Below are positions 38,433-47,814 of a stretch of DNA of 64,000 nt, one piece after another. Numbering within the stretch: position 1 is the first letter of the stretch; each line of letters begins with the position of its first letter. The stretch is taken from the NCBI GenBank assembly GCA_050294405.1, contig JBNKOC010000012.1:576001-640000 (forward strand). The letters are read 5' to 3'. Under the pieces are notes generated by a model that ran no database searches, was not told the origin of the DNA, and saw only the letters and a list, made by a program, of their open reading frames with translations. This stretch comes from Fibrobacteria bacterium. Its GTDB lineage: Bacteria; Fibrobacterota; Fibrobacteria; UBA11236; JADFYW01. The position numbers were made by a program, and so were the translations under genes.

Positions 38433-39533
38433 ATGTTACATATTCCATCTTTTGTGAAAAATTTACAAACTTATGTTCCTGGAAAACCTCTGAATGAATT
38501 GAGTAATTCAATTCCCTTGGACAAGTACATTCGCTTTGCTTCCAATGAAAATCCAAGAGGGCCATCACCACTAGCGCAAAAAGCCATCCGCTTAGCAATA
38601 AAAGAGCTCAACCGCTACTCAGATCCAGCTTCAAGGGATTTGGTAAGCACCATCTCGGAAATATATAACATTCCCAAAAATCAAATTATTTGCGGCCATG
38701 GAACAGATTCTATTTTAGCCTCTATTGTATCAGCCTTTACCCATGAAAATGATGAAATACTCACCAGTGAAGGTACCTTTATCGGCATCTATGTAAATGT
38801 CCAGAAATTAGGGCGGAAAATAATTAAAACCCCCCTAAAAAATTATGCTTATGATTTACAAGCTATCCTTAAGGCGGTTAGTAAAAAGACAAAAATGGTA
38901 TACATTTCCAATCCTAATAACCCCACGGGATCCCTTGTAGGGAAAAAAGAATTGGAATCCTTTATGAAAAAACTGCCCAAAAATATTCTGGTAGTTTTGG
39001 ATGAGGCTTATACCCAATATGCCGAGCACCTGGAGGAATATCCAAATGGATTACATTGCAAGTATGAAAATATGGTGGTTACCCGCAGCCTTTCCAAGGC
39101 ATATGGTTTGGCAGGCCTTAGAATTGGTTTTGCAGTGGGCTCAGGTCAAGTTATAGAAACTTTGTACAAAGTAAAGCTCCCCTTTGACCCTGGTTTACTG
39201 CCGCAAAGAGCTGCGGTGGCTGCCCTTAAAGATACTGACTTTTTAAAGAAGACGGTTCAATTGAACCGGGCCTCTCTTGATATTTTGCTGACTTGCCTTA
39301 AAACTCTTGGTATAAAACATAAAGGCACGGCGGCCAATTTTGTTATGGCGATTTTTGGAAGTGCGAATGAGGCCCGTGAATTTAATGATAATTGCCTGGC
39401 GCGGGGTTTGGTTTTAAGACCCTTAACGACTTTTGGAATTCCTGAAGCTATTCGGATTTCCTCTGGGACCCTGGCGGAGTCCAAAAGGGCTGCTCAAATT
39501 ATAAAATCCGTTTATGAAAAATTAAAAAATTAA
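38433..39533 (+). CDS. HisC-family PLP aminotransferase (probably aromatic amino acid aminotransferase)
   Basis: ASNENP, NPNNPTG, DEAY, SLSKAYGLAGLRIG. Embedded in the Tyr catabolic operon. Confidence 0.88.
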   Translation: MLHIPSFVKNLQTYVPGKPLNELSNSIPLDKYIRFASNENPRGPSPLAQKAIRLAIKELNRYSDPASRDLVSTISEIYNIPKNQIICGHGTDSILASIVSAFTHENDEILTSEGTFIGIYVNVQKLGRKIIKTPLKNYAYDLQAILKAVSKKTKMVYISNPNNPTGSLVGKKELESFMKKLPKNILVVLDEAYTQYAEHLEEYPNGLHCKYENMVVTRSLSKAYGLAGLRIGFAVGSGQVIETLYKVKLPFDPGLLPQRAAVAALKDTDFLKKTVQLNRASLDILLTCLKTLGIKHKGTAANFVMAIFGSANEAREFNDNCLARGLVLRPLTTFGIPEAIRISSGTLAESKRAAQIIKSVYEKLKN

Positions 39534-39543
39534 AGATATATCT

Positions 39544-40587
39544 ATGAAATTGTTCAGTTACATAAAAAATAATTCTAAGCCGCTCTTAGGCTTGGCAAAT
39601 GAGAATATGTACTATGATATTTCTTCTCAATATACAGCATCGGGCGAAAAATTGCCTGCTTCTATGCTGGAGTACTTGCAGTCTTCGGATGAAACAAAAA
39701 TGGGCCTTAAAGAATTTGCAAATAACACTAAGACAAAAGGTTTAGAACCTATAGATCCCGGCGGCATTCGGATTGTAGCCCCCCTGCCTAACCCAACCAG
39801 TTGCCGGGACGCTTACGCCTTCCGTCAACATGTGCAAACAGCCCGCAGAAACAGGGGGCTTGATATGATTGAAGAATTTGATCAGTTTCCCGTATTTTAT
39901 TTTACCAATCACAATGCTGTTTGTGGTCCTGGTGATGTGATATTGGAAAAAGATCATTTTGAAAAACTGGATTTTGAGTTGGAACTCGCGATTATTATTG
40001 GCAAAAAGGGCCGCAACATTCCTGCTGAAAAAGCAGATGAATACATTGCCGGTTTTACTATTATGAATGACTTGTCAGCTCGAGTGCTGCAAATGGAGGA
40101 AATGAAATTGAGCTTGGGTCCCGCTAAAGGAAAAGATTTTTCAACGGCAATCGGACCCTGGTTAGTGACTCCTGATGAATTACAAGAGTTCTCCACAAAA
40201 ACAGACAAGGGTCTCAAATACAATCTTAAAATGACGGCTCGTCACAACAATATCCTGGTTTCTCACGGGAATGCTATCGATATGCACTGGACTTTTGCTG
40301 AAATTATAGAAAGGTGTTCCTATGGGGTCGATCTTTTTCCCGGTGATGTTATTGGTTCAGGTACCGTAGGAACCGGCTGTTATCTGGAATTAAACGGCAC
40401 CGCAGCTCTAAATGCAAAAGAAAAGGGCGTTTCATTTACCCCAGTTTGGCTAGAGCCCAATGACGAAATTTCCTTGTCCATAGAGGGACTTGGTACATTG
40501 ACCAACAAAATGATTTTAAGCGACAACAATCTTTCACTGCTGGAAAAGAAAAGACAAGCATATGATTGGGTTGGGAGGGGGAAATAA
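39544..40587 (+). CDS. Fumarylacetoacetate hydrolase family protein
   Basis: LDFELE, MNDLSAR, KGKDF, GSGTVGTGC. Context suggests fumarylacetoacetase. Confidence 0.9.
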   Translation: MKLFSYIKNNSKPLLGLANENMYYDISSQYTASGEKLPASMLEYLQSSDETKMGLKEFANNTKTKGLEPIDPGGIRIVAPLPNPTSCRDAYAFRQHVQTARRNRGLDMIEEFDQFPVFYFTNHNAVCGPGDVILEKDHFEKLDFELELAIIIGKKGRNIPAEKADEYIAGFTIMNDLSARVLQMEEMKLSLGPAKGKDFSTAIGPWLVTPDELQEFSTKTDKGLKYNLKMTARHNNILVSHGNAIDMHWTFAEIIERCSYGVDLFPGDVIGSGTVGTGCYLELNGTAALNAKEKGVSFTPVWLEPNDEISLSIEGLGTLTNKMILSDNNLSLLEKKRQAYDWVGRGK

Positions 40588-40589
40588 GT

Positions 40590-41531
40590 ATGGAATCCCT
40601 GGACCCTAATGAATTAGATTTGAGGCAAAAATCAGGTTTGTTATTGGGAGCTATAACTCCCAGGCCCATTGCACTCGTATCCACAGTCTCGAAGACGGGA
40701 GTTCCCAATTTATCCCCCTTTTCATTTTTTAATATATTCGGCACTAATCCTCCGGTCCTTGGTTTTTCTCCTTCCAATCGAGGCCGTGACGGAACTTATA
40801 AAGATACATACCTTAACATTCGTGAAACTAAAGAATGCGTGGTGCAGTTGGTAACTTATCCAATGGGGCAGCAAATTAATTTGGCTTCGGGAGAATTTGA
40901 TCCTAATGTTGACGAGTTTGTGAAATCGGGCTTGACTCCTGCGCCCTCAGATTTAGTGGCACCGGCCCGAGTCAAAGAATCTCCTTTTCAAATGGAATGC
41001 AAATTGAGAGACATTATAAATCTGGGAGAGGGGCCAGCCTCTGGAAATTTAGTTTTATGTGATGTGATTCGCATACATATTGCAAAATCTTTGGACTGGA
41101 GAAATGGGATAAACTCTCTGGAACTCGACACCATTGGTCGTCTTGGGGGAGCTGAGTACATTCGTATGCAGGACCAGGCTATTTTTTCCATTGAGAAACC
41201 AGCGGGTAAAAATGCTATGGGTTTTGAAAATTTGCCAGCCCATATTTTGAATTCTAAAATTCTAACAGGCAATAATCTGGCGGCCCTTGCTAATTGCGAA
41301 TCTCCACCTTCCAAAGCCGCAATAGTGGAGTTCCTAAATACATATACTTCTGAAGCGACATCCGGTACTGCTGAAGAATTTATAAATAGCGGAAATTACC
41401 GGGGGGCGGCAACTGTTTTACTGGCGGATGAAAATTTTGAAGAAATCTTGTGGCATAAAATAGCCAAAGCAGCACTGGAAGCAGCTGACGTAGATTTTGC
41501 CTGGAAGGCGCTTCTTGTTTTTTCCCAATAA
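40590..41531 (+). CDS. Flavin reductase (DIM6/NTAB) family protein
   Basis: PRPIALVST, NLSPFSFFN, KDTYLNI, GRLGG. ATG 40590 preferred. Confidence 0.9.
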   Translation: MESLDPNELDLRQKSGLLLGAITPRPIALVSTVSKTGVPNLSPFSFFNIFGTNPPVLGFSPSNRGRDGTYKDTYLNIRETKECVVQLVTYPMGQQINLASGEFDPNVDEFVKSGLTPAPSDLVAPARVKESPFQMECKLRDIINLGEGPASGNLVLCDVIRIHIAKSLDWRNGINSLELDTIGRLGGAEYIRMQDQAIFSIEKPAGKNAMGFENLPAHILNSKILTGNNLAALANCESPPSKAAIVEFLNTYTSEATSGTAEEFINSGNYRGAATVLLADENFEEILWHKIAKAALEAADVDFAWKALLVFSQ

Positions 41532-41564
41532 GTTCAAATAAAAATAGGACAGCTCTAAAAATCT

Positions 41565-43523
41565 GTGGCTTCAGTTTTATATACACCTCCTCCCCATAAG
41601 ATTGAGTCATCCAATCTCACGGATTTTATAAATTTCGCCAGTCAGGAAACCGGGAAACAATTTACAGATTACGACTCTCTGCACGCATGGTCCATATCGG
41701 AAAACAAGGAATTCTGGTCGCTAATTTGGAAACATAGTAATATCATTTTTTCTCAAAAATACACATCAGTTTTAGACGGGGAGAATATAAGGGAAGCCAA
41801 ATGGTTTAGCGGGGCTAAGCTTAATTTTGCTGAAAATCTTTTGCGGCGCAGAGATAATGGAATTGCCATTATATATGAAGCCGAAAAAAAACAGGCACAA
41901 AAAATCACTTATGCCCAATTATATGCACAAGTGGCTTCCTGCGCCGAAGGGTTAAAAAAAATAGGAGTTGGTAAAGGCGACAGGGTAGCAGGCATATTAA
42001 CAAACAGCGTGGAACCGGTAATTGCCATGCTGGCTTCCGCAAGTCTTGGGGCAATTTGGTCAAGCTGTTCTCCTGATTTTGGAACAGAAGCAATTCACCA
42101 GAGGTTCAGCCAAATCAATCCAAAAGTGTTGTTTGCCGTAGAAGGCTATTATTACAACTCCAAATATTATGATTGTAAAAATAAAATTAAGGAAGTCCTG
42201 GACAACATAACATCCATTGAAAATTTAGTGTTGGTTACAGAAGGAGGGGTATCTGATCATCCCTTTTCCTATAAAACATTCGATTCCCTGTTGGATAACC
42301 CAGTAAAAAGCATCGATTTTGAGCCTCTGGAATTTGATCACCCTCTTTATATTCTGTTTTCTTCTGGAACCACGGGTAAGCCTAAATGTATTGTTCATGG
42401 GGCAGGGGGCACTCTATTACAACATTATAAAGAGTTGGCTCTGCATAGCAATTTGAAAAGTGGAGATGTTCTGACTTATTTTACCACTTGCGGATGGATG
42501 ATGTGGAATTGGATGGTTAGCGCCTTGTTTATAGGTTCCACTCTTTATGTTTATGACGGCAGTCCGGCTGAACCTAATCTTTACAGGCTGTGGAAGGCTG
42601 TAGAGGAACATGGGATAAATGTGTTTGGAACCAGTCCTGGTTTTTTATCCGCCTGCCAGAAGAAAAACATTCACCCTCCAGAGAAGGCTAACCTAAGTAG
42701 CTTAAATACTATTTTATCCACTGGTTCACCCTTGTCCGAAGAGAATTTTAAATGGGTGTATACTCAGGTAAAATCCAATGTCCAGCTATCTTCCATTTCC
42801 GGGGGAACGGATATACTTTCCTGTTTTGTACTTGGAAACCCTAATTTGCCTGTTATGTGCGGGAAAATTCAATGTATAGGGCTTGGTATGGATGTAAAAG
42901 TATTTGATGAAAATGAAAAAAGCATAGAAGGAAAACTGGGGGAACTAGTTTGCACGGGTCCCTTTCCTTCGCGTCCAATTATGTTCTGGAACGATTCAGA
43001 CGGCCGCAAATACAAAGATGCTTATTTTAAAAAGAATAAAGATGTATGGTACCATGGAGATTTTATAAAAATCACAACTTCCGAGGGAATAACTATAGCA
43101 GGTCGGTCTGATACGACTCTAAATCATGGAGGAGTGCGCATTGGCACGGCTGAAATTTATAATATTGTTGAAAAAATCCCGGGACTGACAGAAAGCTTGA
43201 TTTGTGACAGAGTTGTAGCTGATTGCTCCCAGCTAATACTATTTGTTAAAACTGAAACCGTCGGCTTGCTTGATGAAAACATAATTGCAAAAATTAAAAT
43301 GCAATTGAAATTACAGGCTAGCCCTCGCCATGTCCCTCAGTACATTTTTGAAGTCCCGGATATCCCTAAAACTATGAGCGGGAAAAAAATGGAACTGCTG
43401 GTAAAAAAAATTATGCAGGGAGAAGCTTTAGATAACAAAGAAGTGGTGGCAAACAGCCAGGTATTGGAAAGTTATTTTAAAATAAGCGCTAATTTGAAAG
43501 TGGAACTTGGAACGGATACTTAA
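41565..43523 (+). CDS. Acetoacetate--CoA ligase
   Basis: LNFAENLL, SSGTTGKPKCIVH, FTTCGWMMWNW, SISGGTD, GVRIGTAEIY. Confidence 0.93.
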   Translation: MASVLYTPPPHKIESSNLTDFINFASQETGKQFTDYDSLHAWSISENKEFWSLIWKHSNIIFSQKYTSVLDGENIREAKWFSGAKLNFAENLLRRRDNGIAIIYEAEKKQAQKITYAQLYAQVASCAEGLKKIGVGKGDRVAGILTNSVEPVIAMLASASLGAIWSSCSPDFGTEAIHQRFSQINPKVLFAVEGYYYNSKYYDCKNKIKEVLDNITSIENLVLVTEGGVSDHPFSYKTFDSLLDNPVKSIDFEPLEFDHPLYILFSSGTTGKPKCIVHGAGGTLLQHYKELALHSNLKSGDVLTYFTTCGWMMWNWMVSALFIGSTLYVYDGSPAEPNLYRLWKAVEEHGINVFGTSPGFLSACQKKNIHPPEKANLSSLNTILSTGSPLSEENFKWVYTQVKSNVQLSSISGGTDILSCFVLGNPNLPVMCGKIQCIGLGMDVKVFDENEKSIEGKLGELVCTGPFPSRPIMFWNDSDGRKYKDAYFKKNKDVWYHGDFIKITTSEGITIAGRSDTTLNHGGVRIGTAEIYNIVEKIPGLTESLICDRVVADCSQLILFVKTETVGLLDENIIAKIKMQLKLQASPRHVPQYIFEVPDIPKTMSGKKMELLVKKIMQGEALDNKEVVANSQVLESYFKISANLKVELGTDT

Positions 43524-43555
43524 AAAGCAGAGAAGAAAAGCAATTTGGCTCTTTC

Positions 43556-44020
43556 TTATAAAATTTCGTAAACAGATGTTATAATTTCACTTTTGACTTT
43601 TCCTCCAATTCCGACGAACAATTTATTATTCACCCAGGAATATCTGGAGTCTCCAGTTTCAAAGCTAGTATGGGTGCGCATGTAATATTCGGATGGATCC
43701 ACTTCCAAGCCTTGTGACATTTTAGAGATAACTTCCGGTGAGCCATGCCTGTATCCGGAATTCACTATTTCAATAAAGGCTCCATCGTCTGTTTCAAATG
43801 CATAACGGGTGTCTAACTCTGCGCTCCCATCGGCAAGAATGGTTTGCCAATCCGCACCTATGTTTAAGATTTTTCCATTTAGGCGTTCACCGCTTACTTT
43901 GCCTCCCTTAATGGGAATGATGCGACGTTTTCCTGCACGGCCTACACCTAATTCGAGAAAGGGGCTAAGCTCAACTTTCAAATCACAAAAATGTCTTAGT
44001 TCAGGTGGCTTAAAATACAT
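43556..44020 (-). CDS. DUF3237 family protein
   Basis: RRIIPIKGG, GADWQ, YYMRT, FETG. Confidence 0.88.
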   Translation of the reverse strand: MYFKPPELRHFCDLKVELSPFLELGVGRAGKRRIIPIKGGKVSGERLNGKILNIGADWQTILADGSAELDTRYAFETDDGAFIEIVNSGYRHGSPEVISKMSQGLEVDPSEYYMRTHTSFETGDSRYSWVNNKLFVGIGGKVKSEIITSVYEIL

Positions 44021-44038
44021 TTCCTTCTCCTGGGAATT

Positions 44039-45307
44039 TTAGATCACAGCTGCTTGTGGAATGGTGGGCGGAAGCGCATTGAGCTCGTCAATGCTGAATC
44101 CGGCAATGGTTTTGTATTTTGCGGCGTGTGCGGCCAGTTTTTCAAGAGGGATAACATCTTCAACCTTATGGAATTTTCCTCCACAGAGATCCTCCACCAT
44201 CTGCATAACCGCATCGGGGCCACTACCTCTATTGGCTAAAACCAATTTGTTAGCCACAGGCAAAACCTCTGCTTGGTAGGCATTCAAAGCCTTAGGAGTA
44301 ACACCATCCTCCAGTAGGTGTTTTACCAATTTACGGGCGTCCACAATGGCCTGGCTCGCTCCATTGGAACCCACAGGATACATAGCATGAGCGGCATCGC
44401 CAATTAGTGTGACAGCTCCCTCCGTCCATTTTTCCACAGGATCTCTATCTACCATAGGAAATTCAAAAACTTTTTCCGCCCCGTCGATCAACTCGGGAAC
44501 ATTGAGCCAATCAAAATTCCAATCCTTAAACTTGGGCGCAAAATCATTAACATTGGCAATTCGATTATAATCTTCTTTCGCCCATCCTTTGGATGGATCC
44601 ACCTTTAATTCGGCTATCCAATTCATGGTAACTAAACCTGTTTTGGGATCTGGTTTAGAAATTGGGTAAGCGACTATTCGTTGAGAGGCGTGCCCTGCCA
44701 ACGCCATACTTGCTTCGGTACGGAAAGGTTTAGCCTTTGATGTGGCCCGCCACAATACGGCGCCTTGCCAAACTGGCGGGCCTTCCTCTGGAAAAAATTG
44801 TTTTCGTATTTCGGAATGTATGCCGTCAGCTCCCACTAAGATAGTTCCCTTTTCCGTTCTTTTTTCTTTACCGTCGCGAGATTCCAGATGTAAGCTAACG
44901 CCTTCTGGATGGTTTTGAAATCCTGTGGCGCGCCAACCGCTTTCAATACAGTCGGAACCGGCTCTTTCAATTAAAGTGCGATAAAGCATAACTTGAAGTT
45001 CACCGCGATGGATAGAATACTGGGGCCATTTGTATCCCGCTAATTTTCCGCGAGGCTCAACCCATATCTTTAAGCCGTACTTTGTAAAAAAACCATATTC
45101 TTGTGTTTCTACACCTATTTGTGATAATTTTTTCTCTAAACCTAAATCAAATAATTCGCGCACGGCATTGGGTTGTAAATTGATACCAACACCCAGAGCT
45201 GCGATTTTTGGAGATGCCTCAAATACCTTAAATGGCAATCCCACTTGGTGGCAGGTTAAAGCGCATGATAATCCAGCAATTCCTCCTCCGGCAATTAGTA
45301 CAGTCAT
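44039..45307 (-). CDS. FAD-dependent aromatic monooxygenase-like oxidoreductase
   Basis: GGGIAG, GADGIHS, GDAAHAMYPVGSNGASQA. Confidence 0.9.
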   Translation of the reverse strand: MTVLIAGGGIAGLSCALTCHQVGLPFKVFEASPKIAALGVGINLQPNAVRELFDLGLEKKLSQIGVETQEYGFFTKYGLKIWVEPRGKLAGYKWPQYSIHRGELQVMLYRTLIERAGSDCIESGWRATGFQNHPEGVSLHLESRDGKEKRTEKGTILVGADGIHSEIRKQFFPEEGPPVWQGAVLWRATSKAKPFRTEASMALAGHASQRIVAYPISKPDPKTGLVTMNWIAELKVDPSKGWAKEDYNRIANVNDFAPKFKDWNFDWLNVPELIDGAEKVFEFPMVDRDPVEKWTEGAVTLIGDAAHAMYPVGSNGASQAIVDARKLVKHLLEDGVTPKALNAYQAEVLPVANKLVLANRGSGPDAVMQMVEDLCGGKFHKVEDVIPLEKLAAHAAKYKTIAGFSIDELNALPPTIPQAAVI

Positions 45308-45967
45308 ACAATCCTCTTCTATTGTAGATGTTTAAAAATGAGATTTTTTACTTATGAACTGCACAAGGTAAATAACATTGTCCTTGTTAGCTCGTCAGGG
45401 CCTAGGCTAACTATTACGGAATAGCCCAGTGTTATTGTTCCAAAATCCTCAATTCGTCGAAGTAAATTTCAACCATTCCCGGTGGTTTAATCCATTCGAT
45501 GAGTTAAATAATGTACTTATTTAGCTAAAGATTGTCGGTAATTATTTCAGCCAAATTTAAAAATTAGCTTTTATGAAAATCAGGAATATATTTTCAATTT
45601 TAAATATGAACGCTTTTGGCTGTCTGATTGCTGGCAGGACCCTATTCATTTTCTTGCTTCTGTTTTTTATTTCTGGGAGTTATGGCCAGAACCTTTATTC
45701 TTATCGAATTCCTCCTTCTCAATTATTTACCTATGCCGTGGATTCCAATTTGGTTTAGCCATGGAGCTTATTTCTTTAGCCTTCCTAGTGGAAAAGGCGT
45801 GCAAATTGATGGACGAGGAAAAAAGAGGTAAAGTAAGCTTGAAAACTAGAGCGGCACATAGGTTTGTCTTGTTATTTTGCCTTGCCGAAGGAGAGTAATA
45901 TTGTTGATTCGAGGAAGTTGTACTATTTCAAAATTTGAAAATGGACAGAAAGTCTTCCACATAAAAT

Positions 45968-45997
45968 CCCAACACAAGCCAATAAACCGGTGTTGGG
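45968..45997. terminator. Hairpin downstream of the SRPBCC gene, possible terminator
   Basis: CCCAACAC...GTGTTGGG, 8-bp stem about 30 nt past the stop at 46030. Confidence 0.4.
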
Positions 45998-46029
45998 TGT
46001 TGCAAGTTTATGTAGATATGCGACAAAAA

Positions 46030-46524
46030 TTAATCAGCCAGATCTCTTAGATACTCTAATCCAGCAACATAAACTCCAGACATTATTTCAGCTGCTTCTT
46101 CATCGCTCACTCCAACTGCATCAAAGCTAGAAGACCAAATGACTTTGGCTTTTCCTCTCCGTCCATATTCTTTAACTTGAATTTGGCTAACATAATTTGC
46201 GATGGGTAAGGGGGAATCGATGATTTTATAAGAATAAGTCATAGAATCATTGTCATAATTTTCTAATACTTCTATTACAGTGGAGTTGTCCCCAAGAGTA
46301 AGTATTCTGATATCTCCTTTATCCAACCCTGTTCCGGTCGATTCACTTGATATTGCAGCGGGGTGCCATCTGTCAAGAGACTGAAAACCTCCTACAATCG
46401 CCCATGCTGCAGCAGGAGTCATTCGAATCCTTATTTCTTCTTGCACATTTACTTCTCCCCCGTATGAAGTAACAAAAGCTCCTGTTATAAAAATAGCTAG
46501 AAGTATGTATTTTATGTTTTCCAT
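46030..46524 (-). CDS. Secreted SRPBCC (polyketide cyclase 2/MxaD-like) protein
   Basis: Signal peptide, AWAIVGGF..WHP, YSYKI, VYVAGL. Confidence 0.85.
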   Translation of the reverse strand: MENIKYILLAIFITGAFVTSYGGEVNVQEEIRIRMTPAAAWAIVGGFQSLDRWHPAAISSESTGTGLDKGDIRILTLGDNSTVIEVLENYDNDSMTYSYKIIDSPLPIANYVSQIQVKEYGRRGKAKVIWSSSFDAVGVSDEEAAEIMSGVYVAGLEYLRDLAD

Positions 46525-46839
46525 AATATCCCCCTAAATTTATGTTAATGTGAGATTTTAGTTTTGATTGAGTTACCCAAGTTGGGACTGTAAAAGATAG
46601 TTCGCTGTTTTCCCATTTGTTTCTTTATGGGGTGAAATGCATTATGCTGTGATGAAATACACTAGATTAGTGGTTTTGATATGTTATTAACAAAATATGC
46701 AATTAATACTACACCCTCTAATATGGTATTCTATTTGCCCTAGGAGTTCGCCTAAAAAATAAAAATGGGTTTAACGAGTTTGATTCTTTATTTTGAAATA
46801 AATGAGAATTTTCCATGGTTAATTTGGGATAATACTGTT

Positions 46840-47214
46840 ATGAGACAAAATAAAGAAACAATAGCCAATTGGTTTATCAGGGGACAGGGAATTGAAATTG
46901 GCGCACTTTTGCATCCCATGAAAATTCCAGAAGGCGCTTCTGTTAAATATGTGGATAGGTTATCAAAAGAGGAATTGAGATTACAATACCCTACTTTGGG
47001 AAACTATGATTTTGTTATCGCTTGCCAGTATTTGGAACATACCAAAAATCCGATTCGCTCGATTGTAAATATGTTAAGAGTCATTAAAAACGGCGGGATA
47101 ATATATTTGTCAATTCCCGATAAAGAGGAAACCTTTGATAAAAATAGACATGTAACAACCAATGAACATTTGCTCGACGAAATTCAAAATGGCACATGTG
47201 ACCAGCTGTTGTAA
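46840..47214 (+). pseudogene. Truncated, probably internally deleted methyltransferase (type 11-like)
   Basis: GIEIGAL..VKYVD..QYP joins directly to DFVIACQYLEH..IPDK..FD, then stops early. Only about 124 aa. Confidence 0.55.
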
Positions 47215-47248
47215 TAGGGCATTCCTCTGCAAAAACTGGCGATTTTGG

Positions 47249-47293
47249 CTCGGCAGGCCATAGCCTTGACTGGCAAGGCTATGAAAGGGGTTG
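47249..47293. terminator. Hairpin between convergent genes
   Basis: Perfect 10-bp stem CATAGCCTTG-ACTGG-CAAGGCTATG at 47259-47283. Confidence 0.4.
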
Positions 47294-47337
47294 GCAAGGC
47301 TGTGGAGTGGCCGGAAAAGGGACTGGGCATGCGAGAA

Positions 47338-47814
47338 CTAAACTAAAGCAGCTTCCAGTTTGAGCAACTTCTTTTTAATAGAAAGCCCACCGGAATACCC
47401 TCCAAGGGTTCCGTCGCTTGCTGTGACTCTATGGCAGGGAATAATCAAACAAAGTGGGTTTTTACCATTTGCTGTACCCACCGCCCGACTGGCAAAAGGT
47501 TTTTTAATGGCAACAGAGATATCTTTATAGGATATTGTTTCTCCGTACGGAATTTTTAGAAGAGCTTTCCAAACAGTTTTTTGAAAGCCTGTCCCTTTTA
47601 TATCGAGAGGAATATCAAAACGCTCTCTTGCTCCGTCCAGGTATTCCGTTATTTGCTTTTTTCCAAGAAGTAAATACTTGTAGGCGGGGCTGTTACTTTT
47701 TTTAAAGGATTCAAACTCTTGTTTTTTCCAAAACACACCCTGCAATCCAAGATTTGATGAAACCAGATACAATGAACCAATGTTGGTTTTAATTTCCATT
47801 TGCATCAAACTCAT
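47338..47814 (-). CDS. ogt: Methylated-DNA--protein-cysteine methyltransferase
   Basis: GTGFQ, RAVG, IPCHRV active site. Confidence 0.95.
   Translation of the reverse strand: MSLMQMEIKTNIGSLYLVSSNLGLQGVFWKKQEFESFKKSNSPAYKYLLLGKKQITEYLDGARERFDIPLDIKGTGFQKTVWKALLKIPYGETISYKDISVAIKKPFASRAVGTANGKNPLCLIIPCHRVTASDGTLGGYSGGLSIKKKLLKLEAALV

Noticed and set aside
47271..47320. TGGCAAGGCT repeated at 21-nt spacing as a CRISPR or tandem array
   Set aside because: Only two copies, no spacers and no cas genes. No CRISPR array was seen anywhere in the window.
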